Source: a virus. From it: a stretch of 64,000 bases of DNA. The notes under the pieces are model-generated. The model searched no databases, was not told where the DNA came from, and was given only the letters and a program-made list of their open reading frames with translations. Both the position numbers and the translations under genes were made by a program. The DNA is taken from positions 1-64,000 of IMG/VR virus record IMGVR_UViG_3300020020_000027. The stretch is one strand, 5' to 3'. Below, in pieces: positions 47,255-58,449 of this stretch (the first letter of the stretch is position 1; every line of letters starts with the position of its first letter).

Positions 47255-48214
47255 TTAGACGTTAGTGGCGTCCAGGATCACGTAACCGGCAATCTGCTTG
47301 TCGGAAGCGTCCAGCGCGGTCATCTTGTGATCATAGGAACGCGAAACCCGAATCACGTCACTCTTGCGGGGGTTTTCCCGCCACCGGTCAACAACCTGAC
47401 CATTCCAGACAAATTCGTACCCAAAAGCAGGAAGCTTCAAACCTGGACGAGAAGGCACGTAGGCCATCAGTACGTCATTGCCCCACAAATAAGCCAGAGA
47501 CTCTGCCTGACCAAGAGGAGCCGAGTTAATTCCTGCACCAGGAACGATAACAGACTGGAAACCCAACACCGCAGCAAGCAATTCCTGCGAGAAAATCGCT
47601 CGCTCAGAGTACTTAATGCGCTCAAGGAAGTCCGGGTGATCTTCTAGAATCGACATTGAGGTGTACGGCACCAGCAAAACATTCGGCTCTAGGAAAATCT
47701 TCGAGTGAATTGCGCGCTTGCCCACCCGAAGGTTAGAAATAGGGTCAGAGTTAGTGTAGTCATTCCACTGTGAAGTACCCGAGAGGGTCACAGTGTTACC
47801 TGAAGCGTAGTTAGCCGCAGTCGTCACCAAGGTCTGTATGATTCGCTCACGTCCAAGCATTATCTTGGAGGTGATAATCTCAGTTCCGTCTCGGTCTGGA
47901 GCCAATGGAGAGTCAGCATTTCTCCGCTCTTCGTCGGTAACATAAATCTGCAAAGCATGCTCAATACAGAAATATGTATCCGTCGAAACGGTAGCGCCAG
48001 TAACCTCACGTGCGACAGCACCAGGAGCGCGAACATCGTCCTCAGGCAGCCAACCTTCACGGCCGAAGGTGTAATACTTATCGGATTGTTTTTGGACATT
48101 CAGTGCCGGAAACAGGCGGTCGCCGACCATCCCGTTATTTGGCCACCCAATGCTTATCTGAGTAAGTACTTGATCAACATGCACTTCCCCAGATCCACTT
48201 GGACTGTAGACCAT
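47255..48214 (-). CDS. Major capsid protein
   Basis: HVDQVLTQISIG..LFP..V..SDKY..RAPG..QWNDY.NSDP..PAFGY; AGGAG RBS. Confidence 0.9.
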   Translation of the reverse strand: MVYSPSGSGEVHVDQVLTQISIGWPNNGMVGDRLFPALNVQKQSDKYYTFGREGWLPEDDVRAPGAVAREVTGATVSTDTYFCIEHALQIYVTDEERRNADSPLAPDRDGTEIITSKIMLGRERIIQTLVTTAANYASGNTVTLSGTSQWNDYTNSDPISNLRVGKRAIHSKIFLEPNVLLVPYTSMSILEDHPDFLERIKYSERAIFSQELLAAVLGFQSVIVPGAGINSAPLGQAESLAYLWGNDVLMAYVPSRPGLKLPAFGYEFVWNGQVVDRWRENPRKSDVIRVSRSYDHKMTALDASDKQIAGYVILDATNV

Positions 48215-48244
48215 GTAAAGCTCCTAAAAGTAGCTAGTATTAGA

Positions 48245-48634
48245 TTAGGAGACCCACTTGACGCCTGGCGTAAGTAGAACATCAATAATTGCCCCGGCCG
48301 TACCGGTCTGTAGTGCCACACCAGCGACAAAGTTACCCGCAGCAGTACCCAAAATCGCTTTGCCATCAACTCCGGAAACCAGCCGGTCGCCTGGAGCTGC
48401 ACCACCAGTGCCAAGAGTTACCGGCGCAATACCCTGAAGACGAACCGCAACTACTCCGCCCTCGACAACCTTGGACGCATCCATGTTGTCCATGACCACA
48501 CCAAGGCAAAACTGAGCCAACGTCGGGGTGAGGTCAATGTGGTTTTGGGTAGTTCCAATGGCACAGAAGCGATACTGGATCGCAGCAGCCACTCCCTCTG
48601 GAATACGGCCAACATCTAGAATAAAATTAGCCAT
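48245..48634 (-). CDS. Capsid cement/decoration protein (DUF2190-like)
   Basis: Gly/Ala-rich, GD.LVSG.DGKA..GVAL..AGAIIDVLL. Confidence 0.8.
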   Translation of the reverse strand: MANFILDVGRIPEGVAAAIQYRFCAIGTTQNHIDLTPTLAQFCLGVVMDNMDASKVVEGGVVAVRLQGIAPVTLGTGGAAPGDRLVSGVDGKAILGTAAGNFVAGVALQTGTAGAIIDVLLTPGVKWVS

Positions 48635-48645
48635 GTGTCACTCCC

Positions 48646-49980
48646 TTATTTACTCGCCTGAGCGCCATCGCCCATACGGTAACGCTCGTACAGCGTTGGA
48701 TCTGCCGATGCAACCTTCTCCACTGCCGTGAGGAAGTCAAGCTTCTCATCCAGCATAAGCTTATTGGTCCGCTCGCTGAATTCCTGCGTGGCAGATTTCT
48801 CTCCCATGGAGTAGTTGTGTCGCACGGCTGCACCCGAGCGCTCGCCAAGCTCCACCATGAAGTTGGTCGAAGTACGCACATTCTCCAGGAATGCAACGAA
48901 CTTACCGGTAAGCTCCTCATTCATGCCAAGCATGATTTCCCGAGCAAGCTCCTTGGCTGATGGAGTCAAAGCCATCTTGTCGTTGTCAAACTCAGACAAG
49001 CGAGAATCAACCAGAGTTTCGCGCATTCTCTTATTGCCATCAGCAATAGCCTTCGCCTGAGTCTCAAAATGAACCAGCAAAGACTTGGCCACTGGGTTAG
49101 CCTCAGCGAGCTTGCGGAACTCCTCGATCTCCTCCAGCTTGGCCACTGGCGTCTTGTCTTCGATCACAGGTGGCTTGTTAAGCTCAGCGAGCTTGGTCGT
49201 CACCCCATCGATAATTGCCTGTAGATCCTTTTGATCCATATTCGTTCCCTCTTTGAGCGAAGTAACGTCTTTACCGGTGATACCTGACACCAAATCAAAC
49301 GCGTTATCTATCACAGATTCAGACAAGTTGATCGGCACTAGGTTCTTCATGAACGGACGGTTCGTCAAGGCTCCGCCGATGACGACATCATCAAACTCTT
49401 TACCCTGTGGGTCTTCCCACTTGTCGGCAAATTCGAGCGAGAAGTACTTGAACTTCTTCTCTCGAACCTTCTCAGCAATGTCCTTCACAAACTCAACAAA
49501 AAGCCAAAGTCCATCAGAACGAACCTGAGAATCCTTTACCCACGCAGCAGCGCCATCGGCACTGTCGTTATCGTGATTAAGGTTGATACTTGGGTCGATT
49601 CCTCGAACCTTTTTCTTGACACTATCTGCAAGAGCATTAATCTTTTGCAGGCTAGCGTCAATCACACCAAATACTGGGTGCTTATACTGTCCGAATGGAA
49701 GAGCATGAATCCAGGTCGAATCACCTTCCAACTTAACGTCGGAAAGGCTTACGATATATCTAAGATTCTCGCCCATTTTGCCTCCTTCCCTGGCATAAAG
49801 TGCTTGAACTTGTTCCAGTGCCTGAGCATGTGTTTCGTGACATCCGATTTTTGAATTAGTACCTTTTTTGTAGACGCAGTGTCTACCTTCGTCCATCCTG
49901 ACTTCCCAAGGCATGTTACCTCCGGATATTACCTTATCGACATGGACTTCGCCTGAGCCGGACGGACTATAAACTGACAT
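48646..49980 (-). CDS. Prohead protease/scaffold (Mu gpI-like)
   Basis: INLNHD..AAAWV..FKYFSLEF..GGALTNRPF; alternative in-frame starts at 49914 and 49776, probable scaffold start at 49239. Confidence 0.88.
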   Translation of the reverse strand: MSVYSPSGSGEVHVDKVISGGNMPWEVRMDEGRHCVYKKGTNSKIGCHETHAQALEQVQALYAREGGKMGENLRYIVSLSDVKLEGDSTWIHALPFGQYKHPVFGVIDASLQKINALADSVKKKVRGIDPSINLNHDNDSADGAAAWVKDSQVRSDGLWLFVEFVKDIAEKVREKKFKYFSLEFADKWEDPQGKEFDDVVIGGALTNRPFMKNLVPINLSESVIDNAFDLVSGITGKDVTSLKEGTNMDQKDLQAIIDGVTTKLAELNKPPVIEDKTPVAKLEEIEEFRKLAEANPVAKSLLVHFETQAKAIADGNKRMRETLVDSRLSEFDNDKMALTPSAKELAREIMLGMNEELTGKFVAFLENVRTSTNFMVELGERSGAAVRHNYSMGEKSATQEFSERTNKLMLDEKLDFLTAVEKVASADPTLYERYRMGDGAQASK

Positions 49981-50195
49981 CGCCTTGACACCTGTGTCAC
50001 TCGTATGTTTTGGCACTTGCAAGGAAAACTGCCTGAGTCAATTTGTTTACAAGAAACTCAGTATCTTCCTTCCTCTCGTCAGCACTTGGGTGCTCATCGT
50101 AAGATATTTGTAATGAATGAATTATGCCCCAGTCGTCCATCATCTTCGCTACTAAAATCCACTTTCGACTAATTCTATCGAAGTAAAGCGAAACT

Positions 50196-50411
50196 TTATC
50201 CACCGGAGCGAGCCAGGCCAGCATTTGACCAAAACATTACTTCTTCAAGATGTGTAATCGCTAGGGACTTCTCTCTACCATCAGGAATTATCTCGTTAAG
50301 TTCCAAAGCCAACGTCAAACATTTCATTCGAACGCTAGTGTGATCATTTCGTTTTTCTTCAGTACTCGCTGGATGGAACATGAACCTGTTTTCCAGATCT
50401 ACTATTTCCAT
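50196..50411 (-). CDS. Acb2/Tad1-like hairpin protein
   Basis: LENRFMFHP..PDGREKSLAITHLEEVMFWSNAGLAR. Confidence 0.7.
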   Translation of the reverse strand: MEIVDLENRFMFHPASTEEKRNDHTSVRMKCLTLALELNEIIPDGREKSLAITHLEEVMFWSNAGLARSGG

Positions 50412-50414
50412 AAA

Positions 50415-51914
50415 TTAGCCTCCGGATCGGTCCGTGCCTGCATTTTTGGCCGGAGTATTGATATATGGCGAGCCTTTTTGCTTGGAACCAGATGACGTAG
50501 GAGGCTTTACGCTACTGGATGGTGAGGCCAAACCACCTTGTCCAGGCATAGGCATCTCGCGAGCCGTGGATTCGTCCAGTGGAGGCAAGCTCATCGAGGA
50601 TCGAATAAGGTTTTCCAACGGCAAATCAGGTGTCAAAATGCGTGCCCCCACCAAGTTGCGCAGCGCGAAGGTCATGGTTCGAGTGTCTTCCCACTCGCCC
50701 ATGCGTCGTACACAAAGTTTGGGGTACCCATTGAACCGCAAATAATTCTTGTCTACCAGCGGCTTGATGACTTTGCGGTTGATCATCGCGGCTAAGGTAT
50801 TGGCTACATACCTGGTAGACTTATAGAAAGTGTCTAGGCTCTCCGTGGAGACTTCACCACTACCCATAAACGAAGCCAAGATTGACTCATATATTTTATG
50901 GTCATGATGCTCAATTGACGGAATCGGATCGACCGGCTGACCTTCGAGCTTAGCGAAGATAACTTCCCAGCTCCACGGGATAGTAATGTAAGCTTTCTCG
51001 TTCGTCCGCAGGTTACGACCTAGATCGTTCGCCAATTCCTTATCTTTAGGAGTGAATCCCATGGGTAGTTTGATGACTGGCACACCAATTCCATGCCGTT
51101 CCTTCTGGATGGCATCGATTTTGTACATAGTGTCTTTGTAATACCAGTGCTTGAAGGCGGTTCGCAGCAATGATGTGCCACGTATATCGCCACCTTCCAT
51201 CTCAAACACCTGGATCAGCAGATTAGACATAGGTATTTCTATCTTTTTGGTGAAATCTAATCCATTGATTGGCTCCAAAGTAACCCCTATGATGCGATTA
51301 ACTGCATCATAATTCCACCCTTGAATGTCAAGGGGATGAATCGGGGGTAGGTTTACCTTAAGCTTCCCAGATTTCCGGTCGAGATACCAAGCAAGCTCAA
51401 AACAGAAAAAGCCATAGTCCAAGCTACGCAAACTGTCCTCAATGAAATGCTCCCATAGCGTTTCCATGTCATCGAACAGTGTTTCCTGGACAAATTTGGC
51501 TATATTCTTGTCTATAGTAGCGTCACTGAACGGTTCCATATACCATTCGGCACCTTGAATAGGAGTTTTCACTATTCTAAGGGCGGATCTTACCGTGCCA
51601 TCGCTACGGACCATATCATAAAATGTCCGCAAACCCCTTTTATCTCTCAGCTCTGGAACGTTTTCCAGACGTGTCCAGGCGGTAAAAGGTGATGGGTCGA
51701 TGAACGACATTTCGGCGAAACCGGTAGTTTCAGTAAGCTCATTATGGTCAGTTCTTTCACTGACTATGATGTATGATCCCTCATGCGGGTCATAATTTGC
51801 GTGCACGATGTCGTAACGATGCAATACCTCAGTTAATTCAAGCTCTCGTTCAGCTTTAAATTCCTCTAGGATGGTCACTGCATCGTCTTGGTTGCCTATG
51901 TTGTCATCCGACAC
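50415..51914 (-). CDS. Portal protein (DUF935/Mu gp29-like)
   Basis: LDYGFFCFE, GTSLLRTAFKHWYYK, ERHGIGVPV; follows terminase. Confidence 0.9.
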   Translation of the reverse strand: MSDDNIGNQDDAVTILEEFKAERELELTEVLHRYDIVHANYDPHEGSYIIVSERTDHNELTETTGFAEMSFIDPSPFTAWTRLENVPELRDKRGLRTFYDMVRSDGTVRSALRIVKTPIQGAEWYMEPFSDATIDKNIAKFVQETLFDDMETLWEHFIEDSLRSLDYGFFCFELAWYLDRKSGKLKVNLPPIHPLDIQGWNYDAVNRIIGVTLEPINGLDFTKKIEIPMSNLLIQVFEMEGGDIRGTSLLRTAFKHWYYKDTMYKIDAIQKERHGIGVPVIKLPMGFTPKDKELANDLGRNLRTNEKAYITIPWSWEVIFAKLEGQPVDPIPSIEHHDHKIYESILASFMGSGEVSTESLDTFYKSTRYVANTLAAMINRKVIKPLVDKNYLRFNGYPKLCVRRMGEWEDTRTMTFALRNLVGARILTPDLPLENLIRSSMSLPPLDESTAREMPMPGQGGLASPSSSVKPPTSSGSKQKGSPYINTPAKNAGTDRSGG

Positions 51915-51983
51915 GCCAGCTCCGCTTCGTGCTTTTGGGTAATACTATGCGGTAGCTGTACATAGGATGTCAAGAGCCATATA

Positions 51984-53405
51984 CTAGAACGTTTGGCCAT
52001 CCATCGTGACAAATCCGGCATTGGCCAAGGTAGGGTACTTTTCCCTTACTTCTTGAGTAAAAAATCCACTGTCGGACAGTCCTTGCTTAAGCTCGCTTTC
52101 GTCTATTACATCAGAAAGACGAACACGCATACCGAGCTTAAAAATGTGCATAATGCCATATCGTAGAGCATCCATAGCATGGTCGTCACACTTCTTGGCT
52201 TGTTCTCTTGGGTCTCGGTCTTTTCCTCCTTCAGCAGACTTATAATTGTTGAATTCCCGAATCGTGTTTTTGCAGGACGGATCGACATATAATCCAGGTA
52301 CTCCACCGCCCCTATTTTTGAGGAACGTCTTGACCAAGTCGACACCTTCACGCCAATTATCCTTACTTAGTGGGTCTCCTACACAGGGACCATACTTAAT
52401 CGATATATCCTGAATCGCCTCAGGGTCAGCCGCGTCTCCAAAAATCAAGTCCAACTGGTAACCAGCGGGGTTCTCCCGCTCCCGCCAAATTTGCATGTGC
52501 TCATCGAGGGTCAATTGGGGCTGGTAATGCTCCCGCCAGACATGCACAGTGTCCTGTGGACTGACCTGAAACTCAATCGCGGCGCAAGGGTTCACAAAAC
52601 CAAAGTCAATAGACATAAAATTAGGCCAATCTGGCCGGTATTCATGCCTGCGCACATGGGTACGCTCCATGAACTCCTTATAAATTTTACCACTAAACGA
52701 GGTGAAGTCCGCAGCTATTTCCTGTTCAAACGCATCCTTCGACATATTGCGCTTGAGTCGCTTGATCTCAGGGTCATCATAACCCTCGGGGAATATTACA
52801 CTGTTATCCCAACTAGGGTATTGCCAGCTTTCATATTCCGGCTCACGGTCATCCAAACCGCGCTGCCACAGCTCATAAAAGAAATTCTGTCCCTCAGGCG
52901 TCGAAGTAAATATCGCTTTACCGCGCTTATCAGATAAAGCAGGCTCAATCATCCGGTCCCAGGTCTCGCGCTGGTGCTTGGCAGCTTCGCACATCACCAC
53001 CAAATCGAGCCCGTCACCAACTAGTGTTTCCTTGCGCTCCGCGCTGTGCACCTCAATCCTGGTGTCCCAAGGAAACTGGATGTACATGTCACCTTGCTTG
53101 GCATTATATGCCTTTCTGATCTCCGGGAACTTGATGAACTCCAGCTTCATCATAATATCGGCCCAAATAACCCTGAATTCCTTCTCTCCGAGCACGTACG
53201 TGGGGCCAACCAACCAAATTCTCTTATCAGGAACAAAAAGGAACGGTTCTATATCCTTAGCAGTCATAAAAGTTTTGCCAGCTCGACGTCCACAAGCGGC
53301 CACCTTAAACCGGGCATTACTTTTATGGAATTCTACCTGCTTGGGGTGCGGCTGGTAGCCAATCATCTTAAAAAATTTAGCCTTATCGACTACCTGCCGC
53401 TCCAT
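51984..53405 (-). CDS. terL: Terminase large subunit
   Basis: CGRRAGKT, VMCEAA, TSTPEG, IDFGFVNP, DDHAMDALRY. Confidence 0.95.
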   Translation of the reverse strand: MERQVVDKAKFFKMIGYQPHPKQVEFHKSNARFKVAACGRRAGKTFMTAKDIEPFLFVPDKRIWLVGPTYVLGEKEFRVIWADIMMKLEFIKFPEIRKAYNAKQGDMYIQFPWDTRIEVHSAERKETLVGDGLDLVVMCEAAKHQRETWDRMIEPALSDKRGKAIFTSTPEGQNFFYELWQRGLDDREPEYESWQYPSWDNSVIFPEGYDDPEIKRLKRNMSKDAFEQEIAADFTSFSGKIYKEFMERTHVRRHEYRPDWPNFMSIDFGFVNPCAAIEFQVSPQDTVHVWREHYQPQLTLDEHMQIWRERENPAGYQLDLIFGDAADPEAIQDISIKYGPCVGDPLSKDNWREGVDLVKTFLKNRGGGVPGLYVDPSCKNTIREFNNYKSAEGGKDRDPREQAKKCDDHAMDALRYGIMHIFKLGMRVRLSDVIDESELKQGLSDSGFFTQEVREKYPTLANAGFVTMDGQTF

Positions 53406-53540
53406 ATTATCTCATCTCCTTTGTTGTGGAGTTAAGCATTCACCGATAACTATATGTGTCCACCCTACTCCTTGCGCAAAAATTATTTTCTGGCCACAAT
53501 TCGTACATTTTGCCGTTCCGGATTCCAAATAATTCATTGT

Positions 53541-55143
53541 TTATCTCATCTCCGTAACCACTGCTATCTCACTAACGTCTATGTTGAATACCACATTTCC
53601 ATACTGATCTCCAATTTGGACCAGGTTATGCAAGAACTTCGCTGGGTGCTTCTGCACGTATCCAGTAAACTCTTTACCACTTTTAAGGGTAATCTTTATG
53701 CTGGTTCTAGCATTATAACAATCAGTCAGAATTAAATTCCACGTGGAGGGTTGGACGCCATCCATATTAGTGCCTCTCGATACCACCAACTACCATCATT
53801 GCAACATAAAATTCCATCACTAGTATACAAAACGCACTTGTGCAGGCTGCCTTGATCATCTAAATGATGAATGTTCCTAAGGCCACCAACTTTTCCAAAT
53901 TGCCTGAGCAATTCTCCACTATGACCACATACTGGACATGGACCACCATACACTTCGGTGAATACCATGTCGAATGTAGAAGCCATATTATCTCCTAGGT
54001 TGCGCCCGCAAGCATTCCACATTTACTACAGTGTGCACCCAACCTAGGTCTACCACTATGACTATTTGGGTTCCACAGTTCTTGCAAGTTACCACTATCA
54101 ATTCCTCAATTTAGCCTGTCGGTCGGAGAAGCTTTGGCGCCACTTAGGGCTACTTCAATTGTGGCTCACGAGATGCCGCCAGCAGGGCAATAAAGAATTC
54201 GAGAGCCGGACTGGTGTCGGTCGCAAATTGCGTGGTGAGTTGGAGGTACAATCTAGCTGCTTCATCACGAGTTAAAACCATCTTCAGCTCTATTGGTCCA
54301 TCTTGTTCTCTAAATGTACTAAACTCTGCCATAATTCTCTCTATCTTTGTCTAGTTGATCTTTAATACCCTGCAATGGAGTCGAGTCTGGGTGATCCCAA
54401 GGAAGACCGCCCCTAGACACAGAACTATATTCACAGCTCTTTAGCTGACAAGCATGAAGTCCTCCGGCTGACCAATAAAACATAGGAATATCTTTGTGTA
54501 TGGGACATACACAGCTTTCATCGCATTGGTGTTGAATTTCGTTCTGCTCGTCTTTCATGGTTTTCCCAATCCTTTGTGGCCAACGTCCCACTAATGATGC
54601 TACAGATCATCGCCGCTATAGGCCATTTAGTCACCAGAAATACTGCTACATAAGTTATTATAAAGAAAAAATTAGTGTAACAAATTGCATAAATTAATTT
54701 AATTAGTGTTGCTCTGTTATGTGGTTTCATATTCCCCTCCGGCAGCGACGTTTCGCAAAATAAAGGATATAATATTTTCCCACGTAGGAACGAATTTTGT
54801 AATAGTCAGACTCTGCATAAATAGCATATTTATGCTTTCCTGTCTGATAGATGCGCCAGGTATATAAAGGGTGTTGAACCTGAAAAATTATTGGTGCTGG
54901 CTTGAATTTATTCATCATTCGCCGTCCAATGATTTTTCATTGTGTCACTCGCTTAAATTGTCCTGGAGTCGGTGTCAAACACCAACAACAATAATCGTGT
55001 TCCGGTATGCTGCAATCAGCCGTAGGTTCATGTCCCCAAATCATACAAGTGGTCCATTCTATTATTGTTCTGAACCAATCAGGCTTATACTCGGGCGGAC
55101 CATCCCATAGCCAAAACATTATCTTTTTTCTCATTGTAACCAC
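53541..55143 (-). CDS. Cluster of small leftward hypothetical ORFs
   Basis: Several 50-95 aa ORFs, some Cys/His-rich (53732-54022, 54319-54591, 54937-55143). Confidence 0.45.
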
Positions 55144-55913
55144 ACAGTCTTGGCATGAGTAGTTTTTACTTTAGGATGTATAAATACCGGTATTCCAATA
55201 GTGGCGAGACGATAACAGAAGCTTAAATCTTCGCCGATAATGTGCCCCCGAGAATTGCGCTTGGCGGTCGGCATGTGCACTCGCTCGAACCAACGGCGCC
55301 CGTAGAAGTTTTGCACAGCCATCGCTGCGCCCCGTGAAATCAACAGAGCGGCGGTTCCAGTGCCCGCTACCTGTATGGGCTCGGACGCCTCAAGATCAAC
55401 GTCCTGCTTCAAGGTAAACGATAAGATTTCTTTTTTCTCTTTTCCATCTTTAATTTCTCCTGATTTATTTTCTTCAGTTTCGTCTGCTTCAACGGTAAAT
55501 ATAGATAGGTCATAAGCAGTAATAAACTCTTCAGTCAAGTATCCGCCGAAGCCATCTTTATCGGTTTTGGTCATACCTTTACATAGTGCTCCGATTACGT
55601 CTTTGTTTGCTTGGAGAAGATTAGCTACGGTGTCTGGAGCAAAACCCATATCAGTGTCTATCCACCAGATATGAGTGGCATCAGTTTTATCCAAGAAGTA
55701 TTCCATCAGCTCGTTCCGAGCTTCTGGAATACTTAAGGGAGATGATAGGGCAGATATTGTATCCTTAGTGAAAAGGTCAGGGTCCGCTGTGTTCGATAGC
55801 TTTAATAGGCTGTGCAGGAAACTATGACTGACATTTTCACCATGTATATAAGCTATTTGCACTTTAGGTTTGGGTGGGTTAGTAATTTCGGACATGACAC
55901 GAGTGTAAACCAT
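55131..55913 (-). CDS. GT-A-fold glycosyltransferase-like protein
   Basis: IPEARN, WIDTDMGF (DxD), GTGTAALLISR, GEDLSFCYR, HAK. Confidence 0.85.
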   Translation of the reverse strand: MVYTRVMSEITNPPKPKVQIAYIHGENVSHSFLHSLLKLSNTADPDLFTKDTISALSSPLSIPEARNELMEYFLDKTDATHIWWIDTDMGFAPDTVANLLQANKDVIGALCKGMTKTDKDGFGGYLTEEFITAYDLSIFTVEADETEENKSGEIKDGKEKKEILSFTLKQDVDLEASEPIQVAGTGTAALLISRGAAMAVQNFYGRRWFERVHMPTAKRNSRGHIIGEDLSFCYRLATIGIPVFIHPKVKTTHAKTVWLQ

Positions 55914-56888
55914 CTACCAGATTTAAGCGAGCTCAATTATTGAGTAGATAATACTATGTTTTTTATGTATTCTAGGTTGACTATGTTGATTCTCATAACG
56001 CTATATAGAAAATAAACTATGAATATTATGTATACCTAGATGACATAGTGTAATACCACCACTCGATCTAACGACCTAGTATACTAAGATCAAAAACGAT
56101 CAATGCAGTAAGAGAGACCGGCTCGCGCCCGATTTGCCCTTTTTGTACCTTTTAATATAGTTTCTTACACTTTGTTATACTTTGTTATACTTTGATACAG
56201 TATATACACAATTGACCGATATGATACGAAATGTCCGTTTATAAGATCATATAATACGATATGACTTGATCGGTCTGGAATACTCTCTTCCGGCACACTA
56301 TAATACGATATGTCCGTATTATACACATATAGGGGGGTGGGTATATATGGGGATATGTCCGATATATGCGCATAATAGGTCAAGATCACCGCGGGGGTGA
56401 TCAATGAATGCCCATATATGAGGATATGTCCGGATTTATACGATATATATCCATATAGTGGTGTGACGAAGGTCACAGATCAACTTCCAGAATATGCCCA
56501 TATGTCCGAATTATACCTATATACCCCCATATAGCAGGGTAAAAGGGCATGATCAACTGCCCCACTGTAAAGGGATAAAATAGGACATTTCACACTATAT
56601 AGGGACAAACCAGGGCATGGTATAGTGGACTTAGTCGAGGGAGCTCAAGATCAAGAGGCAAAACGGGCATACCGAGACAAAAGACGACAAGATACCACAA
56701 AGAGGGGAAACGGTACATGTCCGACAAGTACGGACATAGCCGGTGAAATCCTCCTAAATGGTCCTTTGAACATTAAATAGTGGATTTATCGGAATTAGGT
56801 GGATATTCCCTGGAATGAGGGGATAAGCCTGATGTATCCGGATATATCTCGACGTGTCCAGACAAAACCGGACATAAGGAGATATACC

Positions 56889-57143
56889 ATGGAAAAGCGC
56901 TACAAAGTCGGAAATGTCACCGATTTCGGGAAATTGCTAGCCGAAGCGGTCAAATACGACAATTCGTCACGTATAGTGTCATTATACGAAATAGACGACA
57001 AAGACGAAATGTCCACTTATCTACTGATAATTTGGGAAATATCAGTAGATAAGACAGAATATGAACTAAGTCGGACAAAATACGAAATAGACGAAACAGC
57101 TATCTTTAGTTGGATAGAAGCTGCTTTTGGAGTTTCTGTCTAG
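56889..57143 (+). CDS. Hypothetical protein
   Basis: TAAGGAGATATACC RBS before ATG. Confidence 0.6.
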   Translation: MEKRYKVGNVTDFGKLLAEAVKYDNSSRIVSLYEIDDKDEMSTYLLIIWEISVDKTEYELSRTKYEIDETAIFSWIEAAFGVSV

Positions 57144-57528
57144 ACAAAATACGACATTCTAAGACATGTCGAGATATACCTGGATACATCAGGATGTTTT
57201 GTGAGAACTTACCTTAATTCCGAAATGGCACGATATTCCCGGTTATATCCTGACATGTCCGAGCTAGCGCTAGACAAAAACGGACATATCACGATATAAG
57301 GAGTTAAAATGATACGTTCTATGACAGATCACGCTTTGTCCTGCGATGTTTGTTATTCGTGGGTTACGTCCGGAGATTTCGGAAATAACCCGAAATGCCA
57401 GACAGGTACTGAAATAAGGCAGGAAATCATCAAAGATAACGAAATGGTCTGGGAAAGCACCATAAGCTAGGACAAAAAAGGTCAAAACAGGACATGTCAG
57501 GAAATAACTGGACAAAGGAGCTTATAGC

Positions 57529-57846
57529 ATGTCATTTCAAGAAATAAACGGACAAGTCGTAGAAGATGCACCATATCACGACATGTCAGATCATGCCTGC
57601 TCATTTCCGGAAGATCAGTCCAAATGCGACTTTATCGTACATGTCGGCGTATGTGTCTCATATACGGAAAATTACGAAACGCAGGAAATGGGCGACAAAG
57701 TGTACATGGTAGTAAATATGCCAGATTCCGCCAATATGGTGGAAATGCGGGAAATAACCGACATGTCCGGACAATGGCCGACATGGAAGGCAAATCCAGA
57801 CATGCCACTTATATCCGTCGAACCGTGGAAAATCGGACTTGTCTAG
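57529..57846 (+). CDS. Hypothetical protein
   Basis: AAAGGAG RBS. Confidence 0.6.
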   Translation: MSFQEINGQVVEDAPYHDMSDHACSFPEDQSKCDFIVHVGVCVSYTENYETQEMGDKVYMVVNMPDSANMVEMREITDMSGQWPTWKANPDMPLISVEPWKIGLV

Positions 57847-58449
57847 ACATAGTCTGACACGACGGATTTAACACCCCAAAGTAGTATAAAACGGACTAGT
57901 CTGACATAATAGGACATGTCAGGATATATCTGGGAATATCGATGCTGGGTATGACATACTAGGACAAATCTGGACTTATCTGGACGAAAGCGGACATAGG
58001 AGTACTTATGTACGTAATTCGGACCAAACACGGCTGTTTCATAGCAAAATCGGACATTTGGTGGCATGCCGTACGTATCTACTATTTCTGGACAGATCAG
58101 GACGTATCGTGCAATATGCACGTAAATGGAGTAATAGTGGACATGTAGTACTACCGAGCACCAAATCGGACATGTCCGGATAAGTCTGGTTTTGTCCTAG
58201 TATGTCGAGATATGTCGCATTCATGGTGCTTTGTCCTAATTTGACCCAGTACGTCTAGAAATACACCAAGATCACCCTATTTATATAGATGGATCGCGAT
58301 TTGTCAGGAATTCCAGCACAAAATATGACAAATCGGACATGTGTGTACATATAGGGTGGGGGGTGTATATGGCGGATATAGGTGTACAAAAACGGACAAA
58401 GGAGTGCATAGTGTTCGAATACACCATAAGTGTGCTCAAAAGGAAGCAA

